Below are positions 54,903-62,390 of a stretch of 64,000 bases of DNA, piece after piece. The stretch's first letter is position 1. The number at the start of each line of letters is the position of its first letter. The notes beneath the pieces were generated by a model that was given only the letters and a program-made list of their open reading frames with translations, did no database searches and was not told where the DNA came from. Origin of the DNA: Candidatus Lutacidiplasmatales archaeon (GTDB lineage: Archaea; Thermoplasmatota; Thermoplasmata; Lutacidiplasmatales; UBA184); NCBI GenBank assembly GCA_044451945.1, contig JBIOKR010000003.1:20605-84604 (forward strand). Reading direction: 5' to 3'. The position numbers and the translations under genes were made by a program.

Positions 54903-55742
54903 GTGCCGCCCGCGGGACACCGAAACGTCCGACCCGCTGGAAGGCGGCAAAGCTCAGAGTCGGCCGGAAGCACCCCCGCGGGGGCCGACGGGGAGCGTCC
55001 CCTACGAGCGCTCACCACCGACCTTTGGTACACGGTGGTCTACGTCCGACCGGGGGCTCGACGCGCGTTGGAGGAGGGCCGGCGACGACTGTGGACCGAC
55101 CCGCTCGGACGCGGCGGAATGACACGGGAACTCTCTTTCCTCGTCCTCAAGGAGATGTCGGGCTGGGCGCGCCGGACCGAACGCTCCGGTCGCACGCCGA
55201 CGATCGACGAACAGGCCAATTGGCTATCGAAGCGCTCCGGGGTTCGGGTCCCCGGGGGAGCCATCGGCGCCGGCCTCGATCGCCTACTACTCAAGGCGGG
55301 GATCCTCGCAGCGCCGGGGGCACGTCGAGCGCTGCGGCTCCTTCGCGACGCTGGGGTTCCGGTCGGGGTCGTCTCGAACGTACTCCATCAGACCTCCGAC
55401 GGAGCCCGCGAAGTCCTCGAGCGTACCCGGATCGCAGAGTTCTTCCGGAGCGTGACGCTCTCGAGCGATATCCCATGGGCCAAGCCGCGGCCCGAGCCAT
55501 TCCTGCGCTGCCTCGCCGACCTCGGGGTCGAGCCCGCGGGCGCGGCCCACATCGGGGACCTCTCGTTGGATGTCGAGGGAGCGCGACGCGCGGGAATGCA
55601 GCCGCTCCTCTACACCGGGCTGCACCGGTGCGAGCCGGCGCGGGACCGACCGCTCTTCAACCGTATCGACGGCCGGGTGCGACGAGTTCGCTCGTGGAGC
55701 GAGCTTCCGGGGTTCTTCGACCCCCGGTCATCCCGTCGCTGA
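54903..55742 (+). CDS. HAD-superfamily hydrolase (haloacid-dehalogenase-like subfamily IA)
   Basis: 279 aa. Motif I variant is LTTDLWYTVV, motif II VGVVSNV, motif III WAKPRPEPF, motif IV HIGDLSLDVEGARRAGM. Confidence 0.7.
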   Translation: MPPAGHRNVRPAGRRQSSESAGSTPAGADGERPLRALTTDLWYTVVYVRPGARRALEEGRRRLWTDPLGRGGMTRELSFLVLKEMSGWARRTERSGRTPTIDEQANWLSKRSGVRVPGGAIGAGLDRLLLKAGILAAPGARRALRLLRDAGVPVGVVSNVLHQTSDGAREVLERTRIAEFFRSVTLSSDIPWAKPRPEPFLRCLADLGVEPAGAAHIGDLSLDVEGARRAGMQPLLYTGLHRCEPARDRPLFNRIDGRVRRVRSWSELPGFFDPRSSRR

Positions 55743-55871
55743 CCCGGGGGGAGCTTGCGCCCCCCGGATCCATGTCACGCGGGAGCAGTTGGCTCACCCT
55801 TATTCGGCTCTCGCCATGAGGAGCCGCGCCGTTCCCGAGGGAGCCACACTCAAGGGAGGCGGAGAGGAAGG

Positions 55872-56315
55872 ATGCTGCTCGCCGCGGGGGAGGTCGTCGT
55901 CCTGCAGGGACCGGTCACCCGTTGGCACCCCGAAGGAACACGCCCCGGCGTGCTTACCCTCACCAACCAGCGGCTCGTCTTCGAGGCCCAGTTCCCCGGC
56001 GATTCCGGGGGGGGAGCCACCGTTCGGACGACGATCGACGCGCCACTGGCCCGCATCCGGAACGCGGGGCTTGTCCCGGCCGCCGGGGGAGCGCCTCAGC
56101 TCGAGGTGGAGCTCCCGAAGCAACGGGGGATCTTCCGGACCCCCGAGGCCGCCGCCTGGCTGGCCGCGATCTCAAAGGCCCGCTCGACCGCCCCCGCATT
56201 CGGTGGAGGGCCCGGCGCCACGGGGGCGCCTGCGGTGATGCTGCGCTGCCGGTACTGCGGCAATCTCAATCCCCCGACCTCCACGAAGTGCGGAAGCTGC
56301 GGCGCGGGCATCTGA
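55872..56315 (+). CDS. PH/GRAM-like domain protein with C-terminal zinc ribbon
   Basis: Internal ATG of track ORF 55755..56315, preceded by GGAGGCGGAGAGGAAGG. GVLTLTNQRLVFEA is typical of bacterial PH/GRAM-like domains. The C-terminus is CRYCGNLNPPTSTKCGSCG. Confidence 0.55.
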   Translation: MLLAAGEVVVLQGPVTRWHPEGTRPGVLTLTNQRLVFEAQFPGDSGGGATVRTTIDAPLARIRNAGLVPAAGGAPQLEVELPKQRGIFRTPEAAAWLAAISKARSTAPAFGGGPGATGAPAVMLRCRYCGNLNPPTSTKCGSCGAGI

Positions 56316-56429
56316 ACCGCGCGGGACCCGGCCCCGAGCGCGGCCATCGGCAAACGGCTTCGAACCCCGGCGCGCTTGCGCCGGCTCAACCCCGCCCCCG
56401 CGTCGCCGGGCGAACGTCGGCCTTGCATA

Positions 56430-56461
56430 CTTAATATAGTCGACAACTGTTTACAGATTGT
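56430..56461 (+). promoter_or_regulatory. vapBC promoter: TATA box CTTAATATA plus imperfect inverted repeat ACAACTGT-tt-ACAGATTGT abutting the ATG
   Basis: TATA at 56430-56438 lies about 28 nt upstream of ATG 56462 (leaderless). The inverted repeat at 56443-56461 is positioned where an antitoxin autorepressor could bind. Confidence 0.45.
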
Positions 56462-56701
56462 ATGAAGCTCATCCAGACGCGCGTTCCCGAGGCAGAGTAC
56501 GACCTGCTTCGCCGCAAGGCAAAAGCGGAAGGAAAGACGATGCAGGAGTGGATCCGCGCGGCGATTCGCAACCGACTGCTGCCCGACGAGGTGGATCCTG
56601 ACGACCCGATCTTTAGGGCGTTCCCGCTGGTCCGGGGCAAGGGACCCAAGGTCGACGTGGCGGAGCGTCACGATGAGCTCCTGTACGGGCCCCTCCGATG
56701 A
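56462..56701 (+). CDS. vapB: ribbon-helix-helix type antitoxin (VapB-like)
   Basis: 79 aa. MKLIQTRVPEAEYDLLRRKAKAEGKTMQEWIRAAIRNRL is a CopG/RHH N-terminus. There is a 4-nt ATGA overlap with the PIN gene. Confidence 0.8.
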   Translation: MKLIQTRVPEAEYDLLRRKAKAEGKTMQEWIRAAIRNRLLPDEVDPDDPIFRAFPLVRGKGPKVDVAERHDELLYGPLR

Positions 56702-57108
56702 TACTGATCGACACAGGCGCTTGGTACGCCCTCACCGACCCCCAGGAACGCCATCACGGCCGCGCGGTGGCGTTGTTCGGTCGTTTGACCAGGGGTGAGC
56801 ACGGCCGCATGGTCACGAGTGACTACATCCTCGACGAGACGTACACCCTGATCCGGATGCGTCTGGGAATCGAGCCCGTGAAACGACTACGAGGTCTGCT
56901 CGGGCAATCCTCGAGCATCCAGGTGGTCCGGGTCTCGGACAACGACTTCGAGCGCTCGGCGGATCTCATGATCGCCCACGAGGACAAGCGCTGGAGCCTC
57001 ACGAATTGCACGAGTTTCATCCTCATGCGAGAATTGGAGATCGGCGATGCATTCACCTTTGACCGGAACTTTGCTGAAGCCGGTTTCCGGGCACTCCCGA
57101 GTTCGTAG
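56698..57108 (+). CDS. vapC: PIN-domain ribonuclease toxin (VapC)
   Basis: 136 aa with the acidic residues MILIDTGAW, YILDETY, SLTNCTSF and FTFDRNF, the PIN quartet contexts. Confidence 0.9.
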   Translation: MILIDTGAWYALTDPQERHHGRAVALFGRLTRGEHGRMVTSDYILDETYTLIRMRLGIEPVKRLRGLLGQSSSIQVVRVSDNDFERSADLMIAHEDKRWSLTNCTSFILMRELEIGDAFTFDRNFAEAGFRALPSS

Positions 57109-57561
57109 AACCGCTTCCCCCCTCAGGGAGAAGGTCGATCTTACGAAGCAAGCGAAATCTATCCCCGAGCGGATTGGCCTGCTGTTCCATCACAACGGGA
57201 CACGTCCTCGGAGAGCAGCCGGAAGTCGGCCCCGTCTTGACCTCCGGACGCTTGCGTGCCCGTCCTCGAGGAATGGCTTCAAAGCGCTGCCCTTAGCGAC
57301 GTGACCGTAGGGATCCTACCCGGCGATCCTTCGGTCTCGGGGGGGTAGAAAACCCTGCCATCCGAAAAGGGTTCGCCGGTCTGATATTGACCCCCGGGGG
57401 TTGTAGCAGGCGACCCATTAGGACGCCCCGTACCTGGGACCAACGAGTCTTCGGCGAGGGTCTTTGGGAGTCTGGCGGAACGACTGCTCGTTGGATAGAC
57501 TTCAAGAAACCACTGGGCCAACCCCTAGCTCCGCTCAGTGGGCGCGTTGGGATTGAACTGG

Positions 57562-58311
57562 CTACCCGGTCGACCAGGAAAGCAGCTGAGCCTGATTTCC
57601 CCCCGTCGCCATATCGAAGTTCACCGAGACGGTGCTCAACGTCGGCGCGTCCGAGTAGAGCCAGACATCGAGTTCCAGCCAGTTGCGGACGGAGACAACT
57701 GTTCCCGCCGGTCCCCGGAGGACATTGGAGACAAGTGTGCTGATCCCCGACTTCGACTGGTTCATGAATCCCCCCGGGTCGTACCGATAGACGATACTGG
57801 TGAATCCGTGGCCGGGCGAAAATGAGCTTCCGGGACCGAAGGAGCAGTAAGCGCCGAGCATGATCTCCGCAGTCGTACTCCCTTTGGGAGCGCTCACGTT
57901 GATGCTGTATGAGTAGGAGAGGTTCCAGACGGCGACTTCGCTGGTTATCGCGTGTCTCAGGGTCAAGTCCGTGCTACGGAACCCCAGGAGCGCTGTGTAG
58001 TACAGGGAGGTGGACGTAACATTAGCGCACGAAGTGGTTGACGCGTTGACCGCGACCTTCGCGATACCCGACGGCTTCGTGAACCATGGCCGATGAGATT
58101 GGGTCAGGTTGAAACCACAGGTGGACAAGGCGGCACCCCCGACTGCGATTCGCTGCCCATGAAACGGCGCGACACGCACGTTGTTGGTGTTCACCCCAGC
58201 GGCCGACGCGGGCGTCGTGGAGATCAGAAGAACGACGCAAGTGGCCGCAATCGCTGCGCGACCGAGAGTGGCCCGACGACGCCTGCCGAATGCAGGTTGT
58301 CCCCCCGGCAT
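57562..58311 (-). CDS. secreted hypothetical protein, divergent paralog of 58663..59475
   Basis: ATG 58311 with GTTTAAG about 31 nt upstream. Signal peptide RRRRATLGRAAIAATCVVLLISTTPASAAG. Shares the G..C...VNAS..SC block with the neighbour. Many NxS/T sequons. Confidence 0.55.
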   Translation of the reverse strand: MPGGQPAFGRRRRATLGRAAIAATCVVLLISTTPASAAGVNTNNVRVAPFHGQRIAVGGAALSTCGFNLTQSHRPWFTKPSGIAKVAVNASTTSCANVTSTSLYYTALLGFRSTDLTLRHAITSEVAVWNLSYSYSINVSAPKGSTTAEIMLGAYCSFGPGSSFSPGHGFTSIVYRYDPGGFMNQSKSGISTLVSNVLRGPAGTVVSVRNWLELDVWLYSDAPTLSTVSVNFDMATGGNQAQLLSWSTG

Positions 58312-58395
58312 CAAGGAGAATGGGACGGAGTTTCGGCACTTAAACCTCCTTCGCCCCTCGCTCGACCCCGAGACTCCATTCTGCCCTTCGGTGTC

Positions 58396-58407
58396 CTCCG
58401 ATCGGAG
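58396..58407. promoter_or_regulatory. perfect 12-bp palindrome CTCCGATCGGAG in divergent promoter spacer
   Basis: Lies in the 351-bp spacer between the two divergently transcribed paralogs. Candidate transcription-factor site. Confidence 0.3.
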
Positions 58408-58662
58408 ACGATCCCTACCACCTCGCAGGTGCTCCAGCCAGATCTTCACGCAACGTGATAGATGCCTACGCTTCTCGGGGAGGGCCCCAGAGGGCTTGCT
58501 CAACTCGGAGGTTTCCATCGCCATCCTTCCAGGGACAGACCTTTTCCTCTCGGCAAAGGTCGCCCCCTGGACGAAGTCCTAGAACAACTCAAGTGGCGCG
58601 TTTCGGCGGACGGGGTTCGGTATCGAGGTTTAAAAGCTCAGGGAGGCTCGTGACGCCGATCT

Positions 58663-59475
58663 ATGGCCGGAACGCCTAACGGGCCAGGTGTATCCACATC
58701 TTCGAGAGCGCTCACATCTAGTGACACCCAACTCTCAAAACGACCGCATTCACCTCCACGGGTGACCCTCTGGCAGTTTGCCTTGTTGTCATCGGTCGTG
58801 TGGCTGCTTCTCGCTTCGACGGAGGCGAATGGGGCTGGAGTCACCTCGCCATTCTACGGTCAAGTCGTATCCTCGGGATACCACGGGTCGCTCGGCTGCG
58901 CGACCTTGAGTGCACCACCCCCCACTGTCAAACTGACCGCGGGCCGGATCTTCGACAAAGTGAACGCATCAGCCCACTCCTGCCCCGCCGGCCGCAGAGC
59001 GAGCTCGGCATTTCAAGAGCGAGAGGTCCTAATCGAGTCATCCAACTTGACTCGCACAACCTCCGGGGACCACTTTGTAGAGGTGAACCGGACGATGGAC
59101 TTCACAGTCCATGTGAACCTGAGTTCTAACGGCAGCTGCTCCGGGTCGGTCGCCGAAGTCTGGATCGAGATTGGGATCTGGGGCAACGACACAACGTCGT
59201 CCTACGGGGGTGTGTGGCGAAGTTCGGTTATCTACGATCTCGTTGTTTCGGGTTCTCCAGGGTCGAACTCGCTCACTGAGAGAGGGAAATCGGTCTCCCT
59301 TAGAACTTGGGGCCCGTTCAATGGCTCGCACACGTACGAACTCGGTGGCATGCTCGCATTCGGGGTTACCGCCAAGGCCTTCAATCACTTGACGAACGCG
59401 TGCTATGCCTCGGCCACTTTCGAGCCGGCAGGGCGCGGCTATCTCTTCCAGCTGGATAGTGTGACGATCCTCTAG
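58663..59475 (+). CDS. secreted hypothetical protein, divergent paralog of 57562..58311
   Basis: ATG 58663 with TTTAAAAG (58629-58636) about 30 nt upstream. Hydrophobic signal WQFALLSSVVWLLLASTEANGAG. Shared block GSLGCATL...KVNASAHSC. Beta-rich and sequon-rich. Confidence 0.55.
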   Translation: MAGTPNGPGVSTSSRALTSSDTQLSKRPHSPPRVTLWQFALLSSVVWLLLASTEANGAGVTSPFYGQVVSSGYHGSLGCATLSAPPPTVKLTAGRIFDKVNASAHSCPAGRRASSAFQEREVLIESSNLTRTTSGDHFVEVNRTMDFTVHVNLSSNGSCSGSVAEVWIEIGIWGNDTTSSYGGVWRSSVIYDLVVSGSPGSNSLTERGKSVSLRTWGPFNGSHTYELGGMLAFGVTAKAFNHLTNACYASATFEPAGRGYLFQLDSVTIL

Positions 59476-59723
59476 TCGCTGGCGGCTTGCGATTGAGGGG
59501 AGGGCCCCAGAACGAGAACCGTCTGAGACTGCGGTGCCGTGCTCGCCTTGAAGGTCGGGGTCCTTGAAATCGTGCTCGATGGTCGGCGGAGCTAATTGTC
59601 AGGCGGCTGTGACGTGTCGTGTTTACTCGAGCCCAATCCGTCCAGCGGCGCCCCACTCCCCTTCACAGAACGAACCCATTGCGCACCACTTGAGCGGGCC
59701 GATGGTCCAAAACGCTCGGCGGA

Positions 59724-60200
59724 TCAGGGTACGACCGGCTTCGTCATGAAAATGTTCTTGGGAACGAAACCCATTTTGGTGTAGAGCGTCAATGCGGCGA
59801 CGTTGTCGGCGTCGACTCCGAGGCCCACTAGGTATGCTCCGAAGCTATGCGCCTCCGCTTGCATCTGGTGGAGGGCGGCAGTCGCGTGACCTTGCCGACG
59901 GTACTTCTCGTCGATTCCGATCCAGCAGACGAAGAGTTGCTTACGTCGCCCACGAGGTCGAAGGCAGTACCAGAGATCCCCAACCCTCTCCTCGGTTGCT
60001 TCACTTTGGACAACGCAGAAGTGGTGACCTGGGGTATCCAATCCCTGCGGTAGCCATTCCGCTACCTCGGTCCGTGCAAGGCCCGCGGCCTCGTCCTTTT
60101 CCCAGATGCCGAGTCGGACCTGGGATGCCGCGATCTCGAGAGGTCTCCGGTCGATGAAATCACGGAACTCCTCAGCGGTCATCGGGGTGAGGAGGACCAT
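59724..60200 (-). CDS. GNAT family N-acetyltransferase
   Basis: 158 aa with IGIDEKYRRQGHATAALHQMQAEA...NVAALTLYTKMGF, the acetyl-CoA binding motif. Confidence 0.8.
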   Translation of the reverse strand: MVLLTPMTAEEFRDFIDRRPLEIAASQVRLGIWEKDEAAGLARTEVAEWLPQGLDTPGHHFCVVQSEATEERVGDLWYCLRPRGRRKQLFVCWIGIDEKYRRQGHATAALHQMQAEAHSFGAYLVGLGVDADNVAALTLYTKMGFVPKNIFMTKPVVP

Positions 60201-60434
60201 CGGTCAAGGGGCAACGCTCAGGAGGATATCCGTTCCCGGCGGGGTGGCCCGCGGGCCATACGAAGCCTACTCGATTTCTATCCCCCGCTGGAACCTCTCC
60301 CGAGCCTTCACTCAACTCGAGCCTTCCCACGCAGGGTTCAGTGCAGGGCCCTAACGTCGCCCCCTTCGAAGGTTCGCAAACCATCGCAAGAGACGCGCTC
60401 CGGGAATCCCGCGACCCACCCCTCGTCGCCCGGT

Positions 60435-61562
60435 TCAGGTGAGCACCCACGTGTCGTTCGACGAGCCGCTCGACCCGCTTTGACCGCCGTACAGGAGGAG
60501 GTAGCCGTCGGCTGCATCGTAGGCTGCGGCGGCTGGGTAATAGAAAGCCGGGGGCGCCTGGGCAGGGTGGAACTGGATCCAGTTCCCGCCGACGTACTTC
60601 CAGGTGTCGTTCAACCCCGCGCCTGTCGTATCGTTCGATCCTCCGAACAGGATGATGTGACCGAGCTTCGGATCGAAAACGAGGTTGGGGGCGAACCGCC
60701 ACGATGGTGACGTGGGGACCTTCTGCTGTGTCCAACGGTGGTTGCTGTAGTTCCAGGTCGTGGCTCCGTTGGAGGATTGGATCCAGCCGCCGAATTCGAG
60801 CAGGGATTTGTCTTTCTCGTCATATGCGATCGCGGCTCCGTCCCCGGGAAGCTTCGAGCTTCGCCCGATTCCCTTGGCAGGAATCCCATGCCAGCTTCCC
60901 TTCGCGAATGAGTAAAGCCCATCGGAGATCCAGTTGACACAGCCGCACGGGTCGTACCATCCGCCGAATTCCACCACGTGGTGCACCTGGGGATCGAACG
61001 CCATTCCCCCGTAGGCCTCCGCTCCCATCCCTCTCGCGGTCGACGTCACATTGGTCCATTGACCAGCGGAGAAAGTCCAGGTGTCGTTGCAGATCCAGAC
61101 TCCGGGGGAACAATCCCAGCCTTGCCCTTGGCCGCCGAACAACACGATTTCCTTCGCATTCGCGTCGTAGGCCATCATTCCGCCCGACCGAGGGGATGGA
61201 GAGGCTCGAGGATTGAGCTGCGTCCAGACTCCGCCGACGTACGTCCACGTCTGATTGGACCAGCTAGACGTGGACGAGTTGACCCCGCCGAAGAGAACGA
61301 TGTAGCCATCGGCGGCGTCGTAAGCCATCATCGCACCCTCGAGTCCCGGCGGGCTCGGACGTGCGCTTAATTCCATCCAGGTGGGCCCGATGTGCTTCGG
61401 GCCAGACACGAGGGCCTGTCGCGGGACCGATGTAGGGTAAGAAACCCCTGAACCTGATCCGATGGAAGAGAGGAGAACAAGCGTCGCAATTGCCAACCCA
61501 TACGTGAGCGAAGGCATGACCGGAGGTGCCGTCCGGCGAAGCAGCCCTCGCACCGCGGACAT
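60435..61562 (-). CDS. secreted Kelch-repeat beta-propeller protein
   Basis: 375 aa with a signal/TM segment YGLAIATLVLLSSIG. About six repeats of the type MAYDAADGYIVLFGG...NQTWTYVGGVWTQL. Confidence 0.8.
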   Translation of the reverse strand: MSAVRGLLRRTAPPVMPSLTYGLAIATLVLLSSIGSGSGVSYPTSVPRQALVSGPKHIGPTWMELSARPSPPGLEGAMMAYDAADGYIVLFGGVNSSTSSWSNQTWTYVGGVWTQLNPRASPSPRSGGMMAYDANAKEIVLFGGQGQGWDCSPGVWICNDTWTFSAGQWTNVTSTARGMGAEAYGGMAFDPQVHHVVEFGGWYDPCGCVNWISDGLYSFAKGSWHGIPAKGIGRSSKLPGDGAAIAYDEKDKSLLEFGGWIQSSNGATTWNYSNHRWTQQKVPTSPSWRFAPNLVFDPKLGHIILFGGSNDTTGAGLNDTWKYVGGNWIQFHPAQAPPAFYYPAAAAYDAADGYLLLYGGQSGSSGSSNDTWVLT

Positions 61563-61795
61563 TGGCTCTGACGCGCTACGGCCCGGCCTGCCTTAAGACC
61601 TCCCAATTCGGGATCGAATCCACCTGCGGGGGGGCACTCGATTCTCTCCGGGCTTCAAGATCCCCCTCTTGTGAAAGAGGACATGATCTGTAAGCCTTCC
61701 CCTTCCGCGACACGCCGGCTGGCGCTCCCTGATACGTGGGCCATCTGGGAGAGACAATAAGTGTTCACCGGCCTATCACGTTACGTGAGAAACCC

Positions 61796-62095
61796 ATGAA
61801 GGCGAAGGGATGGCGCTACCTCCTCTGGGCACTGGGCCCTCTCGGGGTGGCGTACTTCATCCTCGTTCCCCTCTACGTGATTCAGTCGCCTTACTCATTT
61901 CCACCTTCCCTTCAGTCCTACGTTCCTTACTTCGCGGCGTACGCTGTCTATAGTGTAGCGGTCACAACGTTCCTCGGGGTCCGATACGGATTCAGGACCA
62001 AAGTGGAAGATATTGCGGACGAGCTGGCTGAAGCAGACTACGAGAAGACTTTCCCCAAGCGATCGCCCGAGGCCGTCACGAGAGAGTTCCTCTAG
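61796..62095 (+). CDS. small membrane protein (99 aa)
   Basis: Internal ATG of track ORF 61736..62095. MKAKGWRYLLWALGPLGVAYFILVPLYVI is followed by a second helix AAYAVYSVAVTTFLGV and an acidic tail. Confidence 0.45.
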   Translation: MKAKGWRYLLWALGPLGVAYFILVPLYVIQSPYSFPPSLQSYVPYFAAYAVYSVAVTTFLGVRYGFRTKVEDIADELAEADYEKTFPKRSPEAVTREFL

Positions 62096-62390
62096 GTGCG
62101 GAGTGGGCCTCGAGGGGCGACCCCCCTCTCGGGAGAGATTCCGGGCCGGGAGACGGGGGGGGCCGGGGATGGTCTCCTCGGCGCCGTGGTCAACGCACCC
62201 GTTTCGGGGCGCTCGGGTCTCTACGAATCGCCGGCCGAGCGCTCAAGCGAGAAGACCAAGAGTGAGAGCTCGCCCCGAGCGACTTCGAGCCGGTGGGATA
62301 GCCCCACTGGCGCGACCGGCTCCCGAGAGCCGCCAGGAGCGGGTGGCCGACCGTGGCGCCATAGTGATCAGAGGCTTCGGTTCCAGCCCG

